From the human T2T-CHM13v2.0 reference genome, Homo sapiens: DNA of 64,000 nt. How positions within the stretch are numbered: the stretch's first letter is position 1; the number at the start of each line of letters is the position of its first letter. This document shows positions 1 through 18,349 of the stretch, piece by piece. Both the position numbers and the translations under genes were made by a program. Below the pieces are notes generated by a model. The model did no database searches, was not told the origin of the DNA, and saw only the letters and a program-made list of their open reading frames with translations. The stretch lies in NCBI RefSeq assembly GCF_009914755.1, contig NC_060930.1; one strand, 5' to 3'.

Positions 1-291
<291 letters not shown>

Positions 292-2294
292 TAATATCAT
301 AATTAGCATGAGGATGAATGAAGCACGTCCTAGAACATGTTTCAGGATTCTTCGACAAGTGGAGATGCACAATCTCTTATTTAATTCTTCATGTTCTCAG
401 TAAAACTCCTTTTGTTTTTTCCAAATATTTGACAAAAAAGTAACAAATATAAGAAGTCATGTTTACTTGCCAACATAATTTTAGTCTCCCTGATTCTGTT
501 ACTAAGTATGGATCTCCAAAATAATGCCTTAAAGACATAAACAAGATAGGGCACACAGCTCCCCACATCTCTTGCCTAAGACATTACATTCCTTAAAAAA
601 TAAATGAACTTGGTCCTTACCTGTTCTTACACATAAAATCATGCCTGCCAAAATCAACAATTATGCCCCCGCAAACTATAACCAAATATACTCTTAGGCC
701 CAAATTTTAATATAATTTTATACATGCTGGATCTTCACTCCCTACATAAAAACTATAATTTAAGCTGCATTAAAAAAGTCTAACAAAACGTATCTCTAGA
801 CAATTTTTCCAAAATATAATCCTCAATAAGACTCTAAATAAATTTTAATTCTTTAAACATCTAGTATTTGTTTAGTCAACAATACAAACTGGGTGATACA
901 AGCAACCAAAGCTAAGACACCCCAAGATTTTCCCCATTGAAATGAGAGTTGTGAAGGCACAAGTAATGATTAAATCACTCCCTTTTTGTGATTGTAACAA
1001 AGCTACACTCAGGTGAAAGAAAAATGTAACTGATTGACTGCTCAGAATTGGGCCACTGTCTGTGACTCTCCTTACGAACTTCCCTCCAGGGGAAATTCCT
1101 TGTTCACTTTGGCCCTTGCTGGAGGGGAAGGTGACTTGCAGCAGAGATTACACGAAAGCTGTTATTTTGTAAAGGTTACAGGAGATGCAACAAGAGGCAG
1201 CGCTGAGCTACCCAGGTGCAGCGAGAGGAGAACATCAAAAGAGGAGTAAAGATAGCACAGAGTGGAGCTGCTTTCTCTGTAGCTTATCTGAGCTCCTTCA
1301 GTTGAGAAATCAAGACTTGCAATCTCAAGATAAAAAGCTTGCTTGTGACAAAGCCAGTGTTTCTTGACTAAGTTGGAAGTACCATAGAAGCAGTTTTTCT
1401 TGCAACCAATCTATTTCTCTATACAGTATGCAGCTACATGTGAAAATAACTCATGAAACTCTTCCAAGAAACCTTAAGGACTTGAAGAAATGCTTGTATG
1501 GAAGGAGGGGGTTCTAATGTTTCATCTGGAATCCTTTCTACCAGAGCCAACCGACTGCATACACAACTTTAGGACACAAGTGAAAAAGAGAAGCTGGATG
1601 CCAAGTCCAGATTCCAAGATATGAGGCCAAGTGAAATGGGAGGGAAATTATTATTGCCACTTAATATGTATTAAATACAACATTTGAGAGATCACAGACC
1701 CAGAAACACCAGGGCAAGGAATTGGAACTTCTGCCAGCAGGAGCAGCTAACGCCAACTGAAAGAGCCCAGGATTGTCCCAAGAGTGAACAATGTATCAAG
1801 ACAGAAAATGAACTGGATAAGAGTTTTACTTCCTAGACCTTCTGGTCTGAAATGCAGGGAGAGAACTCTGTCTTTATGCCAGTTTATTTAACTTAAATGA
1901 AACAAATAATATTCAAAGTTGAGCTGAGCTCACAGAAGTAGAAAAAAGATGTTCTCACAAAATTATTTCTATGCCCTACAGTGGCACCGATACTCCAAGG
2001 AAGAGTTACTAGCACTGATTTCCAGGTGAGATAGTGTGGCACTGGAACCAGAACTCCAAATGAGATCAAGAGGGACATTCCATAAATATCCAGTAAATGA
2101 CTCCTAACTTGGGGAAAGGAATGTTCATGGGGGATGCTATCAGAATTACCCTTCAAGGGAGGGCTGGTTATTTCTAAATATAGGTGCTGCCCACTCTTCC
2201 ACCATTCTCTCATCTGTTTATTAGGATCTATTACTGATAGGTCTGTTACATCTTTTCTCTGTATTGATGAGAAAAATAGAATATGGCAGAATTT

Positions 2295-2613
<319 letters not shown>

Positions 2614-2989
2614 TAGAATAATATGTTTTAAAATTATTAAGGTACAGCTCTGATAATATTGAGCATAATAACAAGTAATAAAAATACATTTATCAAATCC
2701 CATCAGGCAAGTATGCTGCTGAGCCCTTTGTATGGTTGTTTAATTCTAGTAAGCTGCTAAGAATATTCCTATTATTATCTTTATCCAAAGTATAAAATGA
2801 GGCCCAGGTAAGTAACTTGTCCAAGATCACATTCGTTAATCCAGGTAGTCTGGCTCCAGTATCCATATCATCTCTTCTCAAAATATTACTTAAATTTGAA
2901 AAAAAAAATGCTTAAAATTAAAAAAACTCTTTTGCCCAGCATCAAAGGCCCTATGTAAAGCACTTCCAACTCTTTCTTCTGCTAGTGCC

Positions 2990-4285
2990 TTATTTGCTCC
3001 CTTGTGTGTAGGAGAGCTCCTTATAAGTGCTGTCCATACTCACAGTCCCCAATTCTCATTCTCTTAACCCCGCTATAAGCATCCTTATCACTTTACCAAA
3101 ACTGGTAAGTCTACTAAGGTCTACTAAGACCTCCACATAGGTAAAGCCAGTGGTTAACTTCTGCCCTTTAACTCATTTGAACTATAAGTAGTATCTGATA
3201 CTACAATCACGCCCCCTGCAGTTGGCTTCTGGGACACCACTGTCTCTCAGTTATCTATAAGGTTACTTATTTTCAACGTCTTTGCTAGTTCTTTCTTTTC
3301 TAACCACTAATGTTGGGTAGCTCCAGGACCGAGTTCTCGGTAACTTTATTTATTATACCCAGACTCACTCCCTTGGTGATCTCATGCAAGGTCATGGTTT
3401 AAAAGTCCATATGCATGCTGATGAATCCAGCCCAGACTTCTCTCCTTAATGCCTGCTCATGTAACTGCCTACAAAATATTGCCACTTGGATATCTAACAG
3501 GCACTTCAAATCCCATACATCCATGACTGAACTCCTGAATCCCTGCTAACAGTACCTGATTTACCTCCACTTCCCTATTTCTCTTGTTGGAAAATCCATC
3601 CTTGCAATGGCTCAAGTCAAAAGTCTTATGGTTATCCTTGATTAAAAATCCTCTCGTATCAGAAAAAATCCTACAGGCTCTACCTTCAAAAATATATCTA
3701 GAATCTGGGTACTTATCACTCCACAGTTACTGCCCTCACCAACAGTGCCCTGTTTCACTCTCAGAAATGTCCTGATTTGAACAATAATCGCCCTAACACA
3801 AAGCCCTCCATGATCTCACTCCCCATGATTGTGTTACTTCTCTGCCCTGCCCTGTTACTATCACCGGCCCTGAGTCCACTCCAGCCACACAACCTTTGGT
3901 AACAGGCACATATCTGCTTTGCACCTTTGTTCTAGTTGTTTTCTTTGCATAGAATATTCTTCCAGGTATCTACATGGCAAGTTCCTTGAAGACTTGCTTC
4001 CAGTCTTTGCTTAGTTGTTAATTATTCAACGAGACTTCTTGTGGAATGCTGCAATGACCCTATCCCTCCACATCTTGTCCTATTTGCTCTGCTCATCTTT
4101 TTTGTCTCCATTGTACTTACCACCTTTCAATATGCTATAGAATTTTATTTGCTCATTAATATTTCATTATCAGTCTCCCTCCACTAGAATGTAAGGGCTT
4201 TTTGTTACTTTGTTCACTGATGCATCTCAAGGGTAGAACATGTCTGGCATATATGTAGGTGCCCAATAAATATTTGTTGAATGAA
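2990..4285 (+). mobile_element. L2 LINE fragment(s)
   Basis: L2-like text (cccagacttctctcc..., ccacttggatatctaacaggcacttcaaa) and the L2 3' end caataaatatttgttgaatgaa at about 4264-4284. Confidence 0.7.
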
Positions 4286-5643
4286 CACATATACACTAAA
4301 AAGTCACAGTTCACAGTGGCTGGCAAGGTGGCCAAATAGGAACAGCTCCTGTCTGCAGCTCCCAGCAAGATCGGCATAGAAGGCAGGTGATTTCTGCATT
4401 TTCAACTGAGGTACCCTACTCATCTCATTGGGACTGGTTAGACAGTGGTACAGCCCATGGAGGCTGAGCTGAAGCAGGGTGAGGCGTTGCCTCACCCAGG
4501 AAGTGTAAGGGGTCAGGGAACTCCCTCCCCTAGCCAAGGTAAGCTGTGAGGGACTGTGCCGTGAGGAACAGTGCATTCCGGCCCAGATACTATGCTTTTC
4601 CCAGGGTCTCCACAACCCACAGACCAGGAGATTCCCTCAGGTGCCTACACCACCAGGGACCTGGGTTTCAAGCACAAAACCGGGCGGCTATTTGGGCAGA
4701 CACCGAGCTAGCTGCAGTTTTTTTTTTTTCCGTACCCCAGTGATGCCTGGAACGCCAGTAAGACAGAACCGTTCATTCACCTGGAAAGGGGGCTGAAGCC
4801 AGGGAGCCAAGTGTTCTAGCTCAGTGGATTTCACCCCCACAAAGCCCAGCAAGCTAAGATTCAGTGGCTTGAAATTCTTGCTGCCAGAACAGCAGTCTGA
4901 AGTCGACCTGGGAGGCTCGAGCTTGGTGGGAGGAGGGGAGTCTGCCATTTCTGAGGCTTGAGTAGGCTGTTTTCCCCTTACAGTGTATACAAAGCTGCTG
5001 GGAAGTTCTAACTGGGTGAAGCCCACCACAGCTCGGCAAAGCCACCGTAGCCAGCCTACCTCTCTAGATTCCTCCTCTCTGGGCTGGGCATCTCTGACAG
5101 AAAGGCAGTAGCCCTATAAAACTCCCACCCCCATGGGACAGAGCACCTGGGGGAAGGGGCAGCTGTGGGCGCAGCTTCAGCAGACTTAAACATTCCTGCC
5201 TGCCAGCTCTGGAGAGAGCAGTGGATCTCCCAGCACAGCACTCTAGCTCTGCTAAGGGACAGACTGCCTCCTCAAGTGGGTCCCTGACTCCTGTGCCTCT
5301 TGACTGGGAGACACCTCCCAGCAGGGGTTGACAGACACCTCATACAAGAGAGCTCTGGCTGGCATCTGGTGGGTGCCCCTCTGGGATGAAGCTTCCAGAA
5401 GAAGGAACAGGCAGCAATCTCTGCTGTTCTGTAGCCTCTTCTGGTGACACCCAGGCAAACAGGGTCTGGAATGGACCTCCAGAAAACAGCAGCAGACCTG
5501 CAGCAGAGGGGCCTGACTGCTGGAAGGAAAACTAACAAACAGAAAGGAACAGCTTCATCAACATCAACAAAAAGGACGTTCACACAAAAACCCCATCCGA
5601 AGGCCACCAACATCAAAGACAAAAGGTAGATAAATCCACAAGG

Positions 5644-6661
5644 ATGAGAAAAAAACAGCACAAAAGGGCTGAAAATTCCAAAAACCAGAACACCTCTTTT
5701 CCTCCAAAGGATCACAACTCCTCACAAACAAGGGAACAAAACTGGATGGAGAATGAGTTTGATGAATTGACAGAAGTAGGCTTCAGAAGGTGGGTAATCA
5801 CAAACTCCTCCAATCTAAAGGAGCATGTCTTAACCCCACGCAAGGAAGCGAGAACCTTGAAAAAAAGTTAGAGGAATTGCTAACTAGAATAACGAACTTA
5901 AAGAAGAACATAAATGACCTGACGGAGCTGAAAAACACAGCACAAGAACTTCATGAAGCATACACAAGTATCAATAGCAGAATCGATCAAGTGGAAGAAA
6001 GGATATCAGAGATTGAAGATCAACTTAATGAAATAAAGAGTGAAGACAAGATTAGAGAAAAAAAGGATGAAAAGGAACAAACAAAGCCTCTAAGAAATAT
6101 GGGACTATGTGAAAAGACCAAAAAGAAAACCTACATTTGACTGGTATACCTGAAAGGGACAGGGAGAATGGAACCAAGTTGGAAAACACAGTTCAAGATA
6201 TTATCCAGCAGAACTTCCCCAGCCTAGCAAGGCAGGCCAACATTCAAATTCAGAAAATACAGAGAACGCCATGAAGATACTCCTCAAGAAGAGCAACCCA
6301 GAACACATAATTGTCAGACTCACCAGGGTTGAAATGAAGGAAAAATCTTAAGGGCAGCCAGAGAGAAAGGTCGGGTTACCCTCAAAGGGAAGCCCATCAG
6401 ACTAACAGCAGATCTCTCTGCAGAAAACATACAAGCCAGAAGAGAGTGGGTGCCAATATTCAACATTATTAAAGGAAAGAATTTTCAACCCAGAATTTCA
6501 TATCCAGCCAAACTAAGCTTCATAAGCGAAGGAGAAATAAAACCCTTTACAGACGAATAAATGCTGAGAGAGTTTGTCACCACCAGGCCTGCCTTACAAG
6601 AGCTCCTGAATATGGAAAGGAAAAACTGGTACCAGCCACTGCAAAACATACCAAATTTTAA
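5644..6661 (+). pseudogene. L1 ORF1p remnant (frameshifted, with stops)
   Basis: MRKKQHKRAENSKNQ... start; coiled-coil fragment EERISEIEDQLNEIK in another frame (ORF 5790..6140). Confidence 0.88.
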
Positions 6662-6724
6662 TGACCATTGACACTATGAAGAAACTGCATCAATGAATGG
6701 GCAGAATAATCAGCTATCATCATA

Positions 6725-10536
<3,812 letters not shown>

Positions 10537-11333
10537 ATAACGAGAACACATGGAGACAGGGAGTGGAACATCACACACCAGCGCCTGTCAGAGGTTGGGG
10601 GGCTAGGGAAGGGATAGCATTAGGAGAAATACCTAATGTATATGACAGGTTGATGGGTGCAGCAAAACACCATGGCACATATATACCTGTGTAACAAACC
10701 TGCACGTTCTGCACATGTATCCCAGAACTTAAACTATATTAAAAAAAAAAAAAGTTAATTATGCCTTCTTATCTTAGACATCCCTTCACTTACTTTCCCG
10801 GTTCACTGCCTTCCTTCTTGTCATAATCGTTCTGCTTGAAATGGACGTTGTGAAAAGCCTAATTTCAGCTTAGAAAAATGTCCTCTTCTACCGCCCTTCC
10901 CATTCAATGGATTAAGGATAAAAGCAGACAAACAGATTGAACATAGAAACTCTGAAATTATTTACAATTTCAGAATCGGTAATCAAAGCAAGAGCTCCAC
11001 AGTGTTCTTACCTAGCTGCCTTGCAGATGCCTGGCACTGAGTCTTAGCAACTTCCCTATGAACTCGGGTTCATTTTAAAAACTTCCCGTAGTTTCGATTC
11101 AAAGGAATGCCTGACCAATACTGCCACCTACTGATGAGTAGGTGAGAAATCAGGACAATCAGATGGAGAGTCCAAACCAGTTTAATGAAAACGAAGACAG
11201 ACAATAATGAAAAATTCCTTGAAGTCGGTAAAATAATCTGCCTTTCCCAGAGAGTACTAGTAAGGAATTTACATCGAATCCTACAGCAGCATTAAGCAAA
11301 GATTGTGTAAGTGCAAAGAATTACAATGACCTC

Positions 11334-11700
11334 TGATACAGTCTGGCTCTGTGTCTCCACCCGAATCTTATCTTGAATTGTAATCTGAATTGTAATCCCC
11401 ATATGTTGGGGGAAGGATCTTGTGGGAAGTGACTGAATCATGGGGGCAGTTCCCCGTGCTGTTCTTGTGATTGTGAGTTCTCACAAGATCTAATGGTTTT
11501 GTGAGGGGCTTTTCCCCGCTTCACCCTGTGCTTCTCATCCTTCTCCTTCCTGGCACCATGTGAAGGACATGTTTGCTTACCCTTCTGCCATGACTGTAAG
11601 TTTCCTGAGGCCTCCCCAGCCATGTAAGTCAATTAAACCTCTTTATAACTCACCCAGTCTCAGGTATTTCTTCCTAGCAGTGTGAGAACAGATTAATGAA
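11334..11700 (+). mobile_element. Solo THE1-family (MaLR) LTR
   Basis: Starts tgatacagtctggctctgtgtc, ends ...gtgtgagaacagattaatgaa; flanks acctc/gcctc resemble a 5-bp TSD. Confidence 0.85.
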
Positions 11701-11789
11701 GCCTCTTTCAGAAAAGAGCATCACCAACGTTACCAGGACAACCAGTCCTCCTTTAAGAATTCAAATGTTTTAAACTCAAGGCAAATATA

Positions 11790-11801
11790 TTTATTTTTAT
11801 T
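11790..11801 (-). terminator. Tandem polyadenylation signals AATAAAAATAAA (probable distal PAS)
   Basis: Plus-strand tttatt at 11790-11795 and 11796-11801. Confidence 0.7.
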
Positions 11802-11949
11802 TTGTCTCATACACACACAGAAAAACAAATAAAAATCTAGCCTGAGATTTAAAACTCACTAAGGAAAAAAAATCACAGCAAAAGCAGTAGGTTAACATCA
11901 GGATATTTATATTCAAGGCTCTATGGTATCAAGTTTTTTTTCTCTTTAG

Positions 11950-12103
11950 AGCCAGGCATGGTGGCATGCACCTGTGGTCCTAGCTACTCACGAGGCTGAG
12001 GCAGGAGGTTTGCTTGAGCCCCAGTGCTTGAGGCTGCAGTTAGCCGCGAATGCACTGCTGTACTCCAATCTGGAAAACAGAGCAAGACCCTGTCTCTAAA
12101 AAA
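11950..12103 (+). mobile_element. Alu monomer (FRAM/AluJ right-arm-like) inside the ARHGAP18 3' UTR, antisense to the mRNA
   Basis: gccaggcatggtggcatgcacctgtggtcctagctactc...gaccctgtctctaaaaaa. Confidence 0.85.
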
Positions 12104-12747
12104 TTTGAGATTTTTTAAAGTCCATATTTTTTTGTTATTTAAACGTGATATTATTCAACATTGATGAACTTGGGTCGTGAGTTCTAAAAGGGATTCAAAA
12201 TAAAATGGCATTTTCACTTTTTTAAAATTAAGATACTTTTTCATGATCAAAAATATGTTGTGTCTCCCTCCTGACCCTCCTTTTCAGGTAGGTAGCAAAC
12301 GTTGCGAAATTTAGTTGGCATATGCTTCAGACAACCTTTTACTTAAATCATTATCCTCACTGCTATCTTTTTTTTTGAAGTTGTATACTCCTAAAATGTT
12401 TTAAGCACTTAATTTTTCTTTTATATTATTAATTGTTTTCAACCCACTAATAAGTACCATTTTGCTAATTGGGAAATTAATACATATTGTCAAAGAAACA
12501 GACTAAACTGTATTTTGAAAATCCTGAAGAATAAAAATTTGTAAAAGGAAAAAAACTAAAGACGAAAACATATTTACATCTCTGACATCTTCCTACTTTA
12601 AAAATTACAAAGAAAATAGAAAATAGAGGTGACTTTTAATAACAAAAAAGTCCATTTCTCAATATTAATAAAAAAAAAGCAAAAATACTCATAAACACAT
12701 AGGATTAAAAGTAATGATTCCAAGAGAAGATAATTTAGAAAAAGGCA

Positions 12748-12753
12748 TTTAAT
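12748..12753 (-). terminator. Candidate proximal polyadenylation signal ATTAAA
   Basis: Plus-strand tttaat, with U-rich sequence downstream on the minus strand. Confidence 0.45.
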
Positions 12754-14148
12754 TACAAAATTTTCTTTTAAATAAAAAAGCAATGGCACGAATCACCACA
12801 AAATCATTTAAGTGATCATATCCACAGGCTGTTCTTGTAATTATATGCTAAAAATTTATGACTGTTCTCATTAACAGCATTCCCCCCCTTCATTAGAGAC
12901 ATCAAGAGCTTCTGAGAATGTGTAGTTTTTCCTAAAGTACTACTAAAAGTATCATGAACACCGTTTGTGCAGCATTCATTTACATCACCTTTTATTTACT
13001 ATATTCTAAACTCATAAAATATTTAACATTTCTCTACTTCATTTCTTATTTACAGTACAGAGGCTCATCTCTTGTCACAATATGGTTTGTGCATTAAAAT
13101 CCCTGGGAATAGTACTTTCAAGAACATTTTAATAAATTGACTCCGATTATTTAAAATAAGAACACAAACAAAAGCTTTTTCACCCAGAAGAATAATTCTT
13201 CCAGTAGACTTATTCAGGACTTAAAAAAAAAAATCCCTCTTTAAGTAAAATACATTCTTCAACCATTACTGGATTATACTATCATGCATATTTATAATGC
13301 TAATAATGACAACACGTAAAGCCAGCTATGACTTTTAAAATTCCATTTAGAAGAGTACAGTAGACAGAAAGTGCTTTGGCTTTCACTCTCTTGTTATCCA
13401 TAATCCAATTATTATTTCACATGGGTATATTTTATTTATTCTTAGTATATAAGTATTTAATGGTTCAGTAATAACTGGCAGCTTCTGACAGTCCTATTTT
13501 CTTGGTCGCTGATACGGTTCTGTGAACATAAGTCAGATGAACTGAAAAAAAATGCAAATCACTTCCTGTGATACAGCAGGAAAAGGTGGAATGTTATTAT
13601 TTGAGCAAATGATTCAAAGAGATGAATACTAACATTCTGTCGTGACAGGAATACTGTGAAATTAGGTATGTTTTAATGTGCTGTCTTCACAACTTGCCAT
13701 ACCTGGTATTTGTTATCTTTTTGGTCAAAAAGCAAACCTAACTGGGAAAGGGTAGATGTGAGGAGGTAATAGAGGTGAGAGAGCATATATTACAGTATAT
13801 ATGATTTTAGGAGAAAAGAATGGGAAGAGAAGACATTTCCACATATTAAAAAAAAAAACTATGTCACATCTGGACACATTTCACAGAGCATATGAAAACT
13901 GCCCACAAACTAATTAAGCCTCTTTACTCTCACTCCAGAAATTTTTTTTCTAATAATAACATTAATAATAATTAATATAATTCTGGCAGCAGCACAAATC
14001 TATGACTTTTTAAGGCTTAAGAGAGTCATTTTTAAATACTTGGGTACAACTGAATAATATGAGTCCTGCCATTTCTTTTATTTACACTCTTGACTCAGCA
14101 AGAATTATGACAGAAGTCCACATGGTTATCTGCAGCTTGTTAAGTCTT

Positions 14149-14240
14149 CTACAATGGCTTTGACTTTATAACCCACTCAGCATTTGGGTTAAGCTGATAT
14201 AAATCCTTCATGTAAGTGTCATCATCAAGGCAGCGTTCCC
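14149..14240 (-). CDS. ARHGAP18: ARHGAP18 last exon, coding part: (G)ERCLDDDTYMKDLYQLNPNAEWVIKSKPL*
   Basis: Acceptor taacag|GGGAAC; TAG stop at 14149-14151; completes a 401-aa spliced frame. Confidence 0.96.
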
Positions 14241-14350
14241 CTGTTAAAATAGATGTTGTGTCAGTTTAATACAGCAGGTAGATTGGTATGCAATTTTAAA
14301 CTTAAGCTTAATTATTTAACTCTTAAGTCTTGGACTTCAAAATACTTATT

Positions 14351-14725
<375 letters not shown>

Positions 14726-15705
14726 TCAAATTAATTTAGGAAGCTGAAAATACTTTGTATGATAGGCTTTTAAATAGTTCCTTAAAAGCTTAATCATCTT
14801 ATTAGGAGGGGCAATGGTTTTGAATCCACCTAAGAAACTACACTTAATTCCCAAGATCTAAAAGGAAAATAAGAAATCAAATCTATTAATATTTAAATAA
14901 CCTTTACTAATAGAGTTAACAATTCCAGGTTTCTAGTGTCATGGCCTATTTAAGAATAAACCTTCACATTCCTATATTTAACTTTTAATATTTACTAACA
15001 TTTTTAATTCCCACAAAAACACCCTACAAAATTTATTGCAAAATTATTTTTAATTACTATTTTGAACTTAACATGATTTCATTTATTTCTTAATAATTTT
15101 ACCCTTACCATTTCCAAGAGTCAAAAAAGAAAAAAAGATTATTTTAAATTTTTAAAAAGAGATGGTTAAGACTCACTGATAATTACAAAAGGGTAAAATA
15201 TAAAACATGGTCAAAGTTAATTCATTCCATTTTTTAAATTACTAATGTGAATTTGAGTGTGTGTGCATGTGTATAAAATTTAGCAGGAAATCAACTATGG
15301 CAAAAGTAAATCTGCTTTTACTAAAAATATCTAATACTGTACTATAATAAAGTGTTATCTTAGCCTTATATAAGCTCAACTACTTCCTTTACTATGTGAC
15401 ATGAGTATATTACAAAGAAGAGAGTTTTGAAAAACTTGCATCATTAACCATTCCAGGCGTTATTCTTACTGTATAGGGAACTTGCCTTTGCTGAAATTGA
15501 ACATAGATGGGCATTTGTACAGGCGCTCAAACAGAGCCTGAAGAGAAAGGTCAAACCATTAAAGAAATCCACAATATTCAGCAACTTATCTAAAGCATGG
15601 TATATTTTACTTCTAATTTCCTGTTCTTCCTCCAAAGACATAAATAATAACCACTGGCAATATCAAAACAGCATATAAAATGTAAAGAGAAAAAAAAGTG
15701 CTTAC

Positions 15706-15767
15706 CAATATTTCCTCCAATTTCATACAAAAAAACTTCTCCTTTCTTGAGAGTCTGGGCAACCCCA
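15706..15767 (-). CDS. ARHGAP18: ARHGAP18 penultimate exon: (S)GVAQTLKKGEVFLYEIGGNI(G)
   Basis: Acceptor ctcatag|TGGGG, donor TTG|gtaagc; 62 nt, phase 2 to 1; LYEIGGNIG motif. Confidence 0.95.
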
Positions 15768-16240
15768 CTATGAGGGACAAAACAAACCGATTAGTTGTAT
15801 CATCAAACAGCTTGCAAGTAAATCACTTTAACGTGCTTGGGGAATTCTGGCTGGTATGGAAAATTCATAACTTAGACACACTGTAATTATCTACACGTTT
15901 GTATTTTCCCATCTGTTAAATGTACCCAATAGGTAATAAAAGTATCACACCTGTAAATTAAAATAAACAAATGGAATTATACATCTGAAGGCAAAGTAGT
16001 AAACCAGTATCTAAATTTGTAAAATTCAAAAGAAAAGTTAATGTAACATTTCCGCTGCCAATCAAATTATTAATATGATTATCCACTTTGTATACAAGCC
16101 AAAATGGTCCTCATAAAACTATTAAATGTTTCCACTTTAGTTTTCACATTACTCTTATTCAATAAGTATTTATCATGGGTTTGCTGTGCTGACAACTCCA
16201 GTAGTGTGCAAGATGCATGTGAAGAATAAGACATGCTTCT

Positions 16241-16760
<520 letters not shown>

Positions 16761-18349
16761 AGATAAGGCCCTGAAGACACACTCTCTGGAACTGAGAAGA
16801 GAAAATCAGGTCTGACTTGTATTCAAGCCATTAGGAAGAGCATGGTACAGCAGCAGCGCTCCTCACCACCCATGGAATGGCTCATCTGGTTCTCCTCCTT
16901 TCTCTCCCTGCCCTGTGTCCCTGGCACACTGGACAGTCAGGGCTCTCTGGGCCCTCACGCTATGTTCCACCTGCTGCACTGCATCTGATCCACTTTGTTT
17001 CCAACTACAGTGTAGGTTTATCTTTTAAATTAAATAATTTAATCATTATTATTTTTGTTTTTAATCTAGTACATAACACAATCAACTACTATAGGTCTAA
17101 AGAGAGTCCCTATTTCTGTGAAAACCAAATTGAATGTTTCAGGAGACTTGATTTAAAGAAAAACATCTAGTTAGATATTGCTGTCAGACTGATTCTCAAG
17201 TACCTGTGTTCTACTTTAAAGAAACAGGAACTAGATTTCCTGGTATATTCAGATTTTTGCGTAATGCTAATCAACAAATTCATCGTTAAAGGCAACAATC
17301 CTTTACCAAAGAATGAATGAACGTGCGATTTATTATACATATATTGTATATCATTCATATGTCCATTGGCTTCAGTTGACGAGGTGGGGGAGAAAAAGAA
17401 TGGAAGGATATAGAGTTTCTACCTGCCCCAGCACAGGTGGAATACAAATGGAAGAAGCACAGGAATGTGGTGGAAGAAATATATAAACATTTACTCAGAA
17501 TTTCACTTACTATGCGGCCCAGACAGACAGTGCTATATGCTGCATGGTCATTTTCCTAGTTAATTACAATAATAGATGCTATTCTGGTCCATTCTTACAA
17601 ATGAGGAACTTGATACTTAAAGAGATGATAAAAACTAACTGAAGGTGAAACAGAAATAGTTAGCTTTGAAATCCAGATTACATCCCCAAGCATAAGGAAA
17701 GGGGCTGAGGACTGGGGGCGGAAGTGAGGTAAATGGAGAAGTTTACCAGACTTCCATCTAGGTGGAGAAGGAATAGGAGGAAGAGCGGGAAGAAGATACC
17801 CTGCTCTGGGGGTAGCAAATGCTTATTTAATACAAACACCACAAGCAGAAAATCCAAATTTGTCAGACGATAGTTGTCACAAGTTGGTGCTTTCTATAAC
17901 AATATGACTATGATTGTTTTCATGCTATACCTTAAATATTAAAGTCACAGTTGAATGTGGGGTACAGCTTCATAGTCTCATATTATTAGCAAGTAGAGGA
18001 ACAAAAGTACAGACTAAATTGAGCACTTGGGTCCTGAAAGTAAATGTAAATTAACTGTGTCTGGCTGGAAAGAGCTGCTTATATCTGAAGTCTGGCCAGG
18101 TCTTCAGGTACACGTTCTGGGAGAGAATGAGAGCATGGCTGGTGGGAAGAATGGCAAAAGTTAGTATCTACTAAGTCAAGGTAGGGAGCAGAGAGGATGT
18201 GGATTGACTTTGCAGAAACTGCAAGACACTATAGGGAGCAAAGACATCTGAGATCTTCCAAGTGCCCTCAGGACATAATCTCCAAAAACACATCTACTCT
18301 CAGTCTCTGCACTAGTGGTTCCCAGATCTATGATGCTCTGTAGATCCTC

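Larger units (their letters stand above)
11770..14148 (-). other. ARHGAP18: ARHGAP18 3' UTR (long form; end approximate)
   Basis: AT-rich, largely unique sequence after the stop codon, ending at tandem AATAAA hexamers. Confidence 0.75.
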
